Assembly: GCA_051294375.1 (NCBI GenBank)
Contig: CM119264.1
Location: forward strand, 23,444,858-23,508,857
DNA: 64,000 bases
Source: Paraspadella gotoi
Taxonomy: Eukaryota; Animalia; Chaetognatha
Reading direction: 5' to 3'
In this document: one piece after another, positions 1 through 13,469 of the stretch
Layout: each line of letters opens with the position of its first letter
Position numbering within the stretch: position 1 is the first letter of the stretch
Program-made: the position numbers and the translations under genes
Notes under the pieces: model-generated
Told to the model about the DNA's origin: nothing
The model's input: only the letters and a program-made list of their open reading frames with translations
Databases searched by the model: none

Positions 1-605
1 GACGCGGATCGTGAGACGTCTCCGCCTCCCTATCGACACCATGAGACCAATAATTAGTGTATGAGATACAGATGCAGTATGAGACGGAATGTAACTGTAT
101 ATCTATTTGGATGTCAACGAAGTATGAAACACATTGTAAGAAAATTACTCGAGATTCAGCTAGAGAGGAGTCGCGAAATGCTGAGAGTGAGGACATTATG
201 ACATTCACTCATAATAATAAAGATATTCTTTCATTTCATATCACTCCTTTGAAATCTTGAAATTTTTGGTCCCCTTCTTAATCTCTTTTAGACTCCAGCT
301 GCCTACACCTTCTCTTCTTCCACTTCTCTACTCTTCTTTCTCCTCCTTTTCCTCCTCCTCTTCTTCCTCCTCCTCTTCATCCTCTCACCTCCCTCGATTC
401 TCTTTTTTCCGACTAACGACCGGCGATTCTCATTCTTCTCCTCCTCCTCCTCCTCCTCCTCCTCCTCCTCCTTTGAATTCGGACACGCCCAGGATTGTCG
501 CAATCAAGTCTTTCGCAAGCTTTTTGACAGGCAAGCTTCCTTCTGCGTCTTCAAAATTCATCTATCAGCTTCAGGCGTAAATCTATTTTCCAGATTGGTT
601 CATGT

Positions 606-648
606 TTCATCGTTCATCGTTCATCGTTCATCGTTCATCGTTCATCGT
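606..648. repeat. (TTCATCG)n heptamer microsatellite
   Basis: Direct reading. Confidence 0.9.
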
Positions 649-1223
649 CCATCATGTCAAAGGGTAAAGGACATCGAGACGTAAGTTCAAAAGCTGGTCA
701 GTGGTCAGGTCATCAATGTTTAGGTCAAAGAGTCATCGTTTTAAAAAATTTGGGCAGGTCATCGGGTCATCGGGTCAAAGGAATGACGATTCGCTCGTCC
801 AATGTTTTATTCACGCGAGGAAATGTTTAGTCGAAGCCGAAACCATGGTGCTCTATGGTGATCGCAATTCACAAAACGAAGCGTTGACCGAACATCCGCG
901 TCCTTTTAACGAATTCACTAACTCCGCCCTCCCAAGATTCAATCCTTGCCAGCCCCCTAACTCCCCCTAAACAACCACTTTTTCCTTCTCCCCTTTATTC
1001 GCCCGTTTGACCCGATTCCGGTTAACCTGCGCCCGTCAACGCCCCGCCCGCCAGCCGCGCCCGCCCGACTCTACCCGACAATCGTCTCGGTCGCCGCCCG
1101 ACAAACGCTCGCTCGCCGGAAGGAGGCGTGGCCGACGAGCAGCCGATGTCTCGATCGCCGACGCATCGTCGCGTCGAAAAGAAAAGGGAGGCCGACGGAA
1201 ATGACGTCGTTGAAGGCGGCGGA

Positions 1224-1255
<32 letters not shown>

Positions 1256-1834
1256 GTGGCGTTGCTCGTTTGTCGTCGTCGTCATCGTTGGCGTCGTTTA
1301 CAGCCATTGTCGCGATTCTAACAATTGAGGGAATCATGAATTTTTGATCTCTGACGTCACTCGTTCGACTTCGATTCGGTGAAAAGAGAAGAAAAAAAAC
1401 AAAAGAAATATGGGGCATTAAATGGACGGGGAAAAAAGAGCGAAAAGGGAGAGAAAAACAAAGCGAAAAACAGAGAAAGAAACAAAAGAAGAAAACGAAA
1501 AGGAAAGAATTTGCCTGAAGTATTAGACTAAAAAATTTAAGACTAATGGATCAACCCGTAAAAATGTTAACAGTCAAAAATTATAAAAAACGTATATATT
1601 TAAAAAAATTTGCTTGGATCAGAAATTATATAATTGAAAAGATCATGAAAAAACATTCATTGGGCCATTTGCCGAAGAGCTTGTGGCCAACTAAAAAAGC
1701 CTGATTGGGCAAGAGCGATATTCTATTGCACATTGCTCAAAACGTACGGCTGCCGCCCTCATGGGTACAGGACCAGTCATAATCTCAATGGTTTGAGCAA
1801 TTGCAGCCCGTCGATTCAGGATGCCATTCGGTAA

Positions 1835-1878
1835 GGCCATGAGCTTTTGAGGCCATGAGCCTTTGAGGCCATGAGCCA
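1835..1878. repeat. 17-bp tandem repeat with core ggccatgagc, about 3 copies
   Basis: ggccatgagcttttga ggccatgagcctttga ggccatgagcc (period 16-17 bp). Confidence 0.75.
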
Positions 1879-1982
1879 TTCGCCCGTTTGACCGCGAATT
1901 CGTCTTCGGATGACGAGCGACGATATTCCGAAGCTGATTTCGTTTTCACTTAATCACTTCGTGACTCGTTATGCATTCACAC

Positions 1983-2020
<38 letters not shown>

Positions 2021-4069
2021 CTTCTGCTTCGTGCTTCTCTACATCCTCTCTCATCGTCATCTCTCCTCTCGTCTCTCTCTCTCTCACACATAAAATCGGG
2101 TTTCACGGCTCTTACCGTTTGTCTTCCAGATTTTTCTTGCCGTGAGATAAATATTGCGCTAATGCCTAATGCCCTATTACGTTTGTGATTCTCTCTTTGT
2201 TGTTTGTTTTATTTTGGATTCGTATAATTTTAGTCGTCTTACTCTCAGCTTAAAAAAATAATGTTCCTATCCACTCTTTCGTTTTCTTATTTTAGTTCTT
2301 TGTTTCATTTCTCTCTCAATCTTTTCTTCATCATTCCACTTGCTCATTCTTTTCCCATTCTTCTTCTCNNNNNNNNNNNNNNNNNNNNNNNNNNNNNNNN
2401 NNNNNNNNNNNNNNNNNNNNNNNNNNNNNNNNNNNNNNNNNNNNNNNNNNNNNNNNNNNNNNNNNNNNNNNNNNNNNNNNNNNNNNNNNNNNNNNNNNNN
2501 NNNNNNNNNNNNNNNNNNNNNNNNNNNNNNNNNNNNNNNNNNNNNNNNNNNNNNNNNNNNNNNNNNNNNNNNNNNNNNNNNNNNNNNNNNNNNNNNNNNN
2601 NNNNNNNNNNNNNNNNNNNNNNNNNNNNNNNNNNNNNNNNNNNNNNNNNNNNNNNNNNNNNNNNNNNNNNNNNNNNNNNNNNNNNNNNNNNNNNNNNNNN
2701 NNNNNNNNNNNNNNNNNNNNNNNNNNNNNNNNNNNNNNNNNNNNNNNNNNNNNNNNNNNNNNNNNNNNNNNNNNNNNNNNNNNNNNNNNNNNNNNNNNNN
2801 NNNNNNNNNNNNNNNNNNNNNNNNNNNNNNNNNNNNNNNNNNNNNNNNNNCCTTCACTTTGTCAGGCGTACAACCTCCCTGTCTTCCCTTTGACCCTTTC
2901 TGTCTCGGACAACGTATTTATCATCCCACGCCTCCCTTTCTTTTCTTTTCTTCTCTTTCTTTTCTTTCTTCTCTATTCTCCGCTTTCTTTCTCTCACTTT
3001 TCTTTGACTCGGACGTAATTGTCTCGGTCGCGACAAACTGCAGAGCGACAGGCGCCTGGAAGCCCGGAGAGGAGGAAGGAAATCAGGAGAGGAGAGGGAG
3101 AGAGACGTAGAGAGGGGAGGAGAGGGAGTCTGTGATGCCATCTGTACTAATGAGCGTGAAGTGAGACATGTTCGAGTGCAACCGTCTCGCCGCTCGACAG
3201 ATACGAGGTCGGGAGTAGAGGTTGAGGAGAGCATGGGATAAGAGAGGCAGAGGCGGAGAGTGGAGGACGGAGGGATGACGACGAGAGAAGGAGGGGCGGA
3301 GACTGAGAATATCATTCGAGCACATGACGGATGATCGCGGAATTACAGAGACAGAGAGAGAGAAGAGATGGAAGAGAGAGAACTGAGCAGAGATGAGAGA
3401 GGCGAGAGGGAGAAATGAGAGAGATGAGAGAGAGAGTTTTCTACGCCATGGGTAATGACCATGGACCATATTGTGTCGGGAAGAATGAGGCGCTGGAGTT
3501 AAACGAATGGGTCGGTCGCTTGGGTTGGTCAAAAGGATAGAGTCAGGTTGGGTAAGCAAAACCTACGGAGCAGTTTGTTGGGTCAGACAGCAGGGAAGAA
3601 GAAAAGATTTAATTCCAAAAGTTCTTTTTCTTTCGAAACCTGCGAACAAGAGTCGCCTTGTTGTTTTGCCATTGAAGCTAAAATTTCGTGGTTTTACACT
3701 CAAATTTCTCTCAACTAAAAAAGACGAATTGTTCGTTTGTGAAATTAAAATAAACAGAAGGGATGGATTTACAGTACTCTTTTTTGTGACTTAATTTTTG
3801 TATTAAACGGGAACATTAAGAGCTTTTGATGTTTGAAATAACATCAAGATCCCTACGTATGCCTAATGTTTATTGTATACTGTATAGTATAAGTATTGGG
3901 CTCCTTGACTATCTGTAGTTTATTTTAAGATTTTTGAATGTTTGATACATCAATTACATATATTGGTTGTACCAATTTCATGACATTGCACTTTTTTGTA
4001 TGTTAACGTCTGTCTCTCTCTCTCTCTCTCTCTCAGCGAACCGGTTCTCGTTCAAGTCCACGTTTCCTA

Positions 4070-4200
4070 ATCCAACCAATAGCGTCTCATGACTCTTAGC
4101 TCAGCACGAAACTGAGATGGATCAGGTTTTTCAATCGACGTTCGAATAACACGTAAAGTCAGTTACGAAAACAGTTCTCGCGCGAGAATTTCCGAAACTA
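4070..4200 (+). promoter_or_regulatory. Candidate GST promoter region
   Basis: CCAAT at 4076 and a 14-bp CpG palindrome TTCTCGCGCGAGAA (4175-4188) in unique sequence about 300-400 nt upstream of the ATG; possible acceptor tttAG at 4390-4391 in the 5' UTR. Confidence 0.3.
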
Positions 4201-4462
4201 ACTTCCTCTCAAATCGAAAATGTCCCTTTTACTTTTTTTATAAAAAAAAAAAATACGGGTTTTTTTAAATCGTTCGAAATAAGATGTCTTTTATTCTCTG
4301 AACCTTATTTTTTCTATATTTTTTTTCAACGCAATTGCCTTTTTATGGAAAATTGTCTAGTCTTATTGATAAAATTTGTAACTAAATTTAGGATTTCTCG
4401 GAACTTTTTTTCTCCACGATTTTAATTGGGAAAATTCTCGGCGTAAAGGAACCAAACTGAAG

Positions 4463-4566
4463 ATGCCGACTTATGTGCTTCACTACTTCAACGGAAGAGG
4501 AAGAGCAGAAATAATTCGCCTGATGTTCGCCGCGACTGGAACCGAATACGAGGACCGTCGCTATGG
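4463..4566 (+). CDS. GST: GST exon 1
   Basis: ATG at 4463; [34 protein letters not shown]; donor GTGAGA at 4567 (phase 2). Confidence 0.93.
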
Positions 4567-5977
4567 GTGAGAAGGAAGGATTGGGTCCGTGTAAAGAAAG
4601 AAAGAAAAGAAAGAAAGAAAAGAAAGAAAGAAAGAAAGAAAAGAAAGAAAGAAAGAAGAATGATAAGAAAAGAAAAGGAAAGAAAGAAAGAAAAGATAAA
4701 AAAGAAGAAAGAAAGAAAAAAAGAAAGAAAGAAAGAAAAAAAACAAAACAAAACAAGAACAACAAACAAACAAACAAACAAACAAACGAACGAACAAGCA
4801 AGCTCGATGCACCCGTTGGAGTTAAAAAGAAAACTAACTTGATCGGATAAGTATAAATTAAATAGGTAGAAAAGGTCAAAGTGAATAAAATTTTAATTTA
4901 AAAGTTTGGTCGGATGTTAGGTAAGAAAAGAACATACGTAAATATACGAATAATTATTTCTACATCAGAGAATCGGTCGGAAGAAACTGGGACGATGCCG
5001 CCAAGGCGCAGATGCCGCTCGGACAGATGCCGGTCCTTGAGATCGATGGGGAAAAGTATTGTCAGGGAAACGCTCTCGCCAGATTCGTGGCCAAGAGGTT
5101 GGGACTCCTAGGCAAGGACGAAATGGAGGTAACTTAAAAAAATAATAAACAAAAAAGTAATAACATGATTTTTATTTATTTATATCTTTATCTTCGAAGG
5201 CACTGAAGGTGGATCAGTTTTGCGAGACGATTTCGTCGGATATTCAATCCAAACTCGCTCCGGCGTTTTTTGAGAAAGACGAGGAGAAGAAAGCTCAAAT
5301 GGTGGCAAAACTGAATCAAGTTAGAATTCTAATCATTTATATGTGTAAAATGTTCATGAAATACTAAAATTTCCATGCGGTTGCAACATTTTATGACCGG
5401 TCCTGACCTTACCTGAAATATTTAATTCGGTTATTATCTTTTCAGGATTTTAAAAGACCTTTGAACGCAATGGACAGGTTAGTGAAAGTTTTTATTGCAA
5501 AAAATATTTTTACAAATTATTCTATAGTGGAATCCAATAATTCAAGTTTATGAAAAAAATCTTAAACACATAAAAATTTGAATCTCAATAATGACTAGTT
5601 GACTACATTGTATTCAGCTGGGTCCAAGGAGATTTCTTCCTCGGAGATCGGCTTTCCATGGCTGACTTCGCTATGATCTCTATCAAGTAAGTGCTCATTG
5701 AAAATTGCCCAGTTTTCAACAACTAATCTTCTTTTAAATTGTTAATTTTTCCGCATTCTTTATTCTTATCATTTGATATTTCGTCCTTCACTCGTCTACT
5801 TTCTTTTTAATCTAACTCTTTTTCTTCCCCCCCCCCCAACTTGCCCGTAGTGCCTTTTTAGAAAAGGCGATGCCCGATTTGAACATCCCCGCTAATCTCC
5901 GCAAAATAATGGAGAATGCCGAGAAGGACCCTGGCGTTAAGCAATGGCTGGAGACGCGACCGCAAACGGCATTTTGA
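4463..5977 (+). CDS. GST: Glutathione S-transferase, sigma-class-like (S-crystallin/HPGDS family), 203 aa; join(4463..4566,4969..5128,5200..5319,5446..5477,5618..5686,5851..5977)
   Basis: Manual splicing at GT-AG sites with consistent phases gives 612 nt: [203 protein letters not shown]. It has the catalytic Tyr (YFNGRGRAE), PxGQxPVL, the GDxLSxAD N-cap and the C-terminal W..TRP.T.F typical of sigma GSTs. Confidence 0.95.
4593..4800. repeat. (GAAA)n/(CAAA)n tract in GST intron 1
   Basis: Direct reading. Confidence 0.9.
4969..5128 (+). CDS. GST: GST exon 2
   Basis: Acceptor tacatcAG; encodes [47 protein letters not shown]; donor GTAACT. Confidence 0.93.
5200..5319 (+). CDS. GST: GST exon 3
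   Basis: Acceptor ttcgaAG; [40 protein letters not shown]; donor GTTAGA. Confidence 0.9.
5446..5477 (+). CDS. GST: GST exon 4 (32 nt)
   Basis: Acceptor ttttcAG, donor GTTAGT; needed to keep the frame between exons 3 and 5. Confidence 0.85.
5618..5686 (+). CDS. GST: GST exon 5
   Basis: Acceptor tattcAG; [22 protein letters not shown]; donor GTAAGT. Confidence 0.92.
5851..5977 (+). CDS. GST: GST exon 6
   Basis: Pyrimidine tract plus cgtAG; ends [12 protein letters not shown] with TGA at 5975-5977. Confidence 0.92.
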
Positions 5978-6012
5978 AAAAAAGCCGAGCCTCGTTCTCA
6001 TAAAAAGGGAAT

Positions 6013-6018
6013 AATAAA
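6013..6018 (+). terminator. Candidate polyadenylation signal AATAAA of GST (alternative ATTAAA at 6121)
   Basis: Hexamer about 35 nt after the stop codon; the region is AT-rich, so a chance match is possible. Confidence 0.4.
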
Positions 6019-9000
6019 AAAAGGGCAACTCGGCACGTTTCCTTAAAGAAAAGTCAAGTATCTACGTAAAAGTGTTAAATTTTGTGTCCGTGCAAGATCG
6101 GAATATGGGTAAAACATTTGATTAAATACTTTTCATACCTCATTTAATTGTACTTTTGTGAATCAGAGCTATGTGAAATTTTTTTGTTACAATTGATAAT
6201 TTAACAGTGATTTAAATAATTAACAAGAAAGAAAAATTGTATTTTTAGTTGTTAAAAAATAGAAAAAATGCTATTGTTTAATTTCAATTTCGTTTCATGA
6301 CAAAAAAGTTTAACCACACACATTTAAAGTCGTTCGATAGCTATATAGTTTAAACCTTAATTGCACTCAGAGAGAGAAAGAGAAAAAGAAAAGAAAGAGA
6401 AGAGAAAAAGAAGAGAGAAAAAGAGACAGAGAAAGAGTGAAAGATAGAAAGAGAGAGAGAGAGAGAGAAAGAGAGCGCTTTACTTCAAGTCACTTTTTTT
6501 TGAAAGAGAAAGTTATTTTTTGAACGAAATTAATGAACCCAAAGCAACAAAAAATTATCCACTTCGATCTTCTTCTCTCCCTTCCATCTCCATTTCTTTG
6601 TTCTTTCCCTTATTCCTCCTTACCTACCTTCCTCCTTTCCTCCCTTCCTTCCTTCCTCCCTTCCTCCCTTCCTCCCTTCCACTACTTCGCCCTCCCTCAT
6701 GCAATGAAGAACAAGAGGAGGGACAAGATTTTTGTCTCTGGATTCGAGAGAAGAGATGAGGAGACCTCAAGACCTGCATCATCATAGGAATTGTCCATTG
6801 GAGGAGAGAGAGAAGAGAGAGAGAGAGAGAGACGAGAGAGGAGAGGAGAGAGATGAGAGAGATGAGAGAGAGACGAGAGAGAGAGAGGGAGAGAGAGAGA
6901 GACAGACATTTTTTCATCTGAAAGAATTCAAAACGATCACAAACCAAAGCAAGAAGTTCACAACTTCTAAATCCAAAGACCACTACTTTTCCGACTTACT
7001 AAGCAAGTCAATTTAATTCGGGAGGGATATAAAGCACAATATTAATTTAAGGGTTCAAGATTGTGAATTGCGCCGTCGCCGAAGTAAAAGACGTTGTTCT
7101 TTGAAATTTTTCTCGTCAACTCAAATGTATAATCCATATTCATAGAAAGGGAATCAAACGGAATAAAAAAAAACGATTTAAAATAAATAGAATCGAATAG
7201 AATCAAATAGAATGAAATAGAATCGAAAGGAATCGAAGGGAAAAAAGACGTCGAATCGGATTTTGGTTTTCCCTTCACCGAACGCGTGACCTCGAGTTAA
7301 ATTGGGAGGAGATGGGGGGATGGGGGGAGAATGGGGGGAGAATAGGGGTAGATTGGGGGAGGGGGTGGAGGGAGAAGAATCGGGGGGAGAAGGGGGGTAG
7401 AGGAATCTCAAAAATTAAATCAGAAACTCAAATCTTTGTGGATAACCCCACAAAAAAAGCCATAGAACGTGGACAGTGAAATCAATCACTCACTTTTTAT
7501 CTCACTATTTTTGTCTTACCATCTTCTTCATCTAAAACTCGAGCCCGCGCAGCCGAATCAGTTATTTTCCTACCCCTCGACGCTCTAGCTTCCCACTTTT
7601 TAAATCTAGAGCCCTGATCCACTTTTTGCAGGATCGAATCCTTTTCGCCCCCAAAATTTGGGAAAAGGAAAGAGAAAACAAAAAAAGAAGAAAGAAGAAA
7701 AGTCCATTTCCGGTTTTTGACCGAACGTGCGTTGATTCTACGTCGTCGTCATTGTCGTCGTCGCCGTCGTCTCCGATGCCACAAAAGAAAAACAAAAATT
7801 AACGATAATGTTTTCGTCTTTTTAAAAATTTTACAACAAAAAGAACAAAACAGAAACTCAGCGTGAAAACGAGAAAAAAAAATGGACAAAAGTGAGAAAT
7901 GATAATTCAAGCGACGTCTCACTTTTTCTTCTCGTTTATCATGATTATTTTTTTTTTTTTTACTTAAATATCCGAAAACAACTGTTTTGTTGTTGTTACC
8001 TTTTTTTTCCTTTCGACGTCCGAATTTTCTCGATAAAAATGAAAAAAAAATTTTCGCTGCACCAAAATTAAAATTTATTGTATATTTTTTACTAATTTTT
8101 AGTTTGGGTCGAAAGGAAAGTGAACTAAGGAAATGAAAGGGAGGATTTTGAAATTTGTAATGATTGATTTTAAAAGTTGTATAGAAACATACAATATGAC
8201 CAATAATATTTAGATTAGTTTATATTTGTCCTAAAAAGTTTTTTTTCCTGTCGCTATGACCGAAGAATGAATTAAAATTGAAAATTAAAATTGTCGTTGT
8301 ACAAGTTGTGTTGTTTTAACTCATATCGTCATCGATTGACTACAAAATCGAAGAAGATGCCCTCTCCCAGCTCTCTCCCTTTTTTTGGAACCTCTATTAC
8401 GTATATCCGCTCCCGGTTCCTAGCCCTCACTCGACAACAAAGAAAACAAAAGTAGAAACAAGGGTAGCAAATAAAAAGATTCTCTTTCTAAATTAAGAAA
8501 GACATGAGTATCAAAAAACGACGACGACGACGACAACAAAATAGAAGACAATCGGGGATGACAAAAACAAAAAAAATGACGAGTTTAATTTTAATTTTAA
8601 AAAAATCATTTTTGAAACGTCTAAAAGCCCAAAAACAAAAAAAAATTCTCGAGTTAATTTATTTTAGTGGGGGCGGAAGGGGCAAGGCAGTATATTAATA
8701 TACTAGGGTCGTAAACGTTAACATTGTTTTCTAAACCTCGACTAGATTTTTGAGTTTAAAAAATTTTACTTTTTTTTTACTTTTTTCTTCGCTTAATGAG
8801 AGGTTTTCCCGAATTTTTTTTTACTTTCTCTCTCTCTCTCTCTCTCTCTCTCNNNNNNNNNNNNNNNNNNNNNNNNNNNNNNNNNNNNNNNNNNNNNNNN
8901 NNNNNNNNNNNNNNNNNNNNNNNNNNNNNNNNNNNNNNNNNNNNNNNNNNNNNNNNNNNNNNNNNNNNNNNNNNNNNNNNNNNNNNNNNNNNNNNNNNNN

Positions 9001-9679
9001 NNCTTTGTCGTATTTATCTCGTTCCTTGTTTATGTTTTATTAATAGGAAATGACGTTAAAAACTAACAAGGGGAGGAGGAGACGGACGAGCAAGAGAAGG
9101 AAAAGTGGAAAGATCAACAAGAGAAAAACAATTTTCTCGTTTCAGAATCCAACGCGAAATTTCACAATTAAAATCCTACCTTTTTTTACTCTTGAGTCAA
9201 GTGAAACCATTTTAAAACATCTCTTCTCGACCGTATCCACACCTAAACAATTCAACATTCACCACTTTTCAATCACATACACCCCTCACTCACATACACT
9301 CCCGTGACCTCTCCCCCCTTCGCGAGAGATAAAAGAATTCTCCTTTTATCAGATTTTCGAAATCAGCGTAAAATGAGGAAACGAAAAAAAAGAATTAAAA
9401 AAAGAATTAAAAAAGAAGAAGGAAAAGTAAAGGAGCGAAAAAGGCGACTATAATTCGTTCCGCGTGGTTATTGTTTGAACAAANNNNNNNNNNNNNNNNN
9501 NNNNNNNNGTTGAGACAAACGCCCCCCCTCCCCCCCCGCCACCGCTTCACCCCCTTAATAAAAAATCGTATGGGGCCCCGAAAAGATGCAACCAAAATGC
9601 TGAGAAGAGATTTTTTTTTTTTTGTGACGAATCAAAGAATGAGAGAGAGAGAGGGAGAGAGAGAGAGAAAGAGAAGAGA

Positions 9680-9725
<46 letters not shown>

Positions 9726-11521
9726 AGAGAGGAGAGAGAGAGAGAGAGGATGAGGAGAGTGAGCGCTGGGAGACTGAACATTGTGTGTGGAGGGGAGAAC
9801 GAGGACAATTAGAATGAAAAGTTGTGAAAACATGAATTTTTTTGTGTTTTGCCAGCGGCACGGAATAATGAAAAAGTGCTGGCGATTAGTAGTGGAGGGA
9901 GGGTAGGGAGCGCAGACGAGCGGGAGAGGGAGGAGAAGAAAGAGAAAGAGAGAAGCATCTGAGAGGAGCCCGAGGAGAGGAAGATGAGAGAGGAGAGGAG
10001 TTAGATGACCGGGGGAGGAGAGGCCTTGGAAGGGTGAGGATTTCGAGCACCATGCCAGAGAGGCAGGGTTGCATTGTATATAGAGAGAGAGATTTGAAGC
10101 AAGTGGCCGAGAAACACACCTCTGATTCCGCCTAGTATAGTTCGGGGAAACGTTCGAGGCGACCCAAGAAGTGGCACAAAAAGGTAGATGGCGCGAATCG
10201 TTGCCAGAGAAACAATGCGCGGAAAACTATGGCAGGGATAAAAATTCCAAAAGATGGGGAGGAAGAAGACGGAAAAGAGAGAAAGGGAATAAAAGGATCA
10301 GGCAGAAATTAAGGAAATTAGTAACCAAAGATGTGAGCGACTATTAAAATAGTGAGATGAGAAAAGGAGGGTGAGTGTAGTTCTTTCACAATCAAATAAC
10401 GTAAAGGAAGCCGTTGTCTTGGAAAGGAGAATTCGCGAGGCTAAGATCTCTCTCACTGTCTTCTGGCTTCTCTTCTCTTGTGATCTTCTTTATTTTTTTT
10501 CCTCTGTTCTTGGTTACTCGCCTGATGCCTTGTGGATTCTGATTTTATTTGATTTGAATCAGGATGCGCGAGGTGACAAAGGAAAGAGGATTTTTGTTAA
10601 ATCCCAACGTACTTTGTTACGAGGATGGATCTCGGTTTCTCTGGTTTATTAATTGTTTAGTTCCTTTAACATTTGATTAATGGGTAAACAATATTATATT
10701 GTTTTTTTAATATTAAAGTACTTGTTGATGTTGTAGAAGATATTTTTATTTCTTTTGTGTCTTTCTTGATGTGACATTTTCTTTGTGCTTTTGTCAGTGT
10801 TGTATGATTATTGGTTCTGGAAACTCAGAAGAGTTGTTTGAAGGACCTGAAAAAGATGGATCGATAAGGATAAGTGGATGGGTGCGGGCAGTGTGAGAGA
10901 AGCTAAAAATTCATTAAGGTTAAGCGTGGCTGGCGGTAAGCTAAGAGCCAAAAAAGTAGTTCGGTGGAGGTGGAGGGCCGGGGAAATCGCGACGGGAAGA
11001 AGAAGAGGAGAGGGCCCCAGGGAGGGGCGTTGGGGGCAGGGGGAGTCGGGCGAGGAGAGCAAAGAAGGAGAGAGACAGAAAGAGAAGGCCGAGAGGGAGA
11101 GGAGGATAGGAATGGGAGTGGAGTGAGGAGATCGCAGACGAGCAGGAGGAAGGGAGAGATTGGGGAGATCCGAGTAACTAGGGAGCCAAGGAGGAGGAAA
11201 AAAATGGACTTGAGTGAACGCCGAAGGAAAGGGAGGCCCTCTCTGTTTCGGCAAAGAAGCCAGGAATGTTTTTCGCCTTTAATTGCTTAGTCTCTCTATA
11301 CATTTTGATATTGATTAACCAATCATTATAATTTTTTTTTATCTATTAGTAAAATAAAGAAAAGCATCATTTTCTTTTTTTTTCTTTCTCTATCTCTCTA
11401 TCTCTCTCTCTCTCTCTCTTGCCATCCATGTCCCGATCTCTCGCATTCTCGGATCACAGAATTCGTTTGACTGAAGAAAAAATGTCTCAAAAATGAGCGA
11501 AAATTTTTTGCAGCTGCGGGT

Positions 11522-11581
<60 letters not shown>

Positions 11582-12155
11582 CTACGAAAAAAATTTATAA
11601 AACTATAAAACATGTATCTAAAAAAAAAAAGAAGAAAAAAAAAGTAACGTATGCCAGTTTTAAACAGTAACGAAATCAAGAATGCCGTCTTCGACGACGA
11701 CGACGACGACGACGACGACCCGAAATCCAAATGTCAAAAGAGTCGTTGATGTCGAGGGGACGTTTTTCGCGAACAAAGAATGGCGCCAATAGACGACGCA
11801 GACGACGACGACGACGTCTTTCGCGAATAAACGCTGTCTCTTTCCACGAATTAAATTTCGCAATAGAGAATCTTTGATGGAAACCGACGTCGGTAAATTA
11901 TATCGATCGGGCAGATGGATCATTGGTTATTCACGCCGAAGCACGATTGCTTTATTTCACCGATATTTATCAAGGGTTGTTAAATTTGGTTAATGGCAAC
12001 TGTTAGATTTCCTATCATGTAACTTGAGAGAACTTTTAATTATCACAAGCAATGTTACTAATACGAAAAATTCAAAAACGTCTGTTCAATGATCGCTTGG
12101 ACTTTTGCAGATAACACGAATAAAGCGACGACTAATCTTCTTATCACTTTGCCAA

Positions 12156-12191
<36 letters not shown>

Positions 12192-13469
12192 NNNNNNNNN
12201 NNNNNNNNNNNNNNNNNNNNNNNNNNNNNNNNNNNNNNNNNNNNNNNNNNNNNNNNNNNNNNNNNNNNNNNNNNNNNNNNNNNNNNNNNNNNNNNNNTCT
12301 CTCTCTCTCTCTCTCTTTCTCTCTCTGTCACTGGCATCAATCTGTTATTTCGGGATCAAAAGATAAAACAGGAATTATTTGGCGAAGGATGAGTCAGGGA
12401 TTAAAATCCTTTTGGTCAATTGAACATTTTTAATCCTAATTTATTATATTAAAATTCCTGACGAATGAGTAATGAGAAAACAACACTCTTTGGAATCATT
12501 TGCGTATCAAAACAGAAAAGCAACGACGACTACGACGAAGACGATAATTATTTAATAAAATGGTATTAAAAGGAGAAAAGAGAAAGAACCGGTAAGAAAA
12601 AGATGGGAGAGGGGAAAAAGAACGGGGAAAAAGAGAGATAGGGAAAAGATTTTTGCATTAAAATAGCGCTCAACTCTACGGAGAGAAGTTATATGCAAAT
12701 GAGATTTGAATCTTGAAAATGATTTCGTTTGAAACCATTCAGTCTATAGGAGGCGAGAGAACGANNNNNNNNNNNNNNNNNNNNNNNNNNNNNNNNNNNN
12801 NNNNNNNNNNNNNNNNNNNNNNNNNNNNNNNNNNNNNNNNNNNNNNNNNNNNNNNNNNNNNNNNNNNNNNNNNNNNNNNNNNNNNNAAAAAAAAAAAAAA
12901 GATGTAACAAAACCAAAAAAAATCTGCTTTTTCACTTTCGCAATAAAACCTTTAAATTAGACTCACCTGTTTCGTTGCAGCGTCGGTGGAGGGCGAAGCG
13001 AAGATGAAGCGAATCCCGATGGAGGGCGCGCGCCGCGGTTAAAAAAAAAGAAAGAAAAACAAAAGTGTTAATTAAGAATCAAAAGGAATTTGTTTACTTT
13101 CGTTATTTTACAAGATCGTCGGGGCGCATCAAAGGCGAAAACCCGGCATCGGTCTTCCGTTTCTCTTTTTTAGTTTTTGTAGAGGAAACCGTGGGCAAAA
13201 CAAACAAATAAATAAACAAAGAAACTAAGTAATTTTAAGTTTAAAAAAATTCTCCCGTTGCTAACGGTGAATACACTCGGCACCACGGTCTTTCTACTTA
13301 ACTGAACTCTCCCTTACCTTCCCCTTATTGCCCCCTCCACCCTCCACCGCTACGCCTACCCATCCCCTCACCTCCCTTCCCCCTCCTCATCCCGATGGTA
13401 AGTCTCATTGACGTGTTGACTTTTCACTTAATTTCACGACAAACTTTACTCAAGTTCGAAATCCCACGT

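Noticed and set aside
430-562. Minus-strand peptide MNFEDAEGSLPVKKLAKDLIATILGVSEFKGGG
   Set aside because: Short, no convincing acceptor, no recognisable family
4089-4106. Antioxidant response element upstream of GST (atgactcttagctcagca)
   Set aside because: Spacing does not fit RTGACnnnGC; only half-sites are present
4914-5111. [11 protein letters not shown]...
   Set aside because: Wrong frame across GST exon 2
4463-5977. Lens S-crystallin identity for the GST
   Set aside because: Lacks the long central insertion and is not strongly Met-rich; length matches an ordinary enzyme-type GST
9860-11290. Irregular GA-rich block with GC-richer stretches (similar at 3080-3480)
   Set aside because: Looks like error-rich long-read sequence over microsatellites; no interpretable motif
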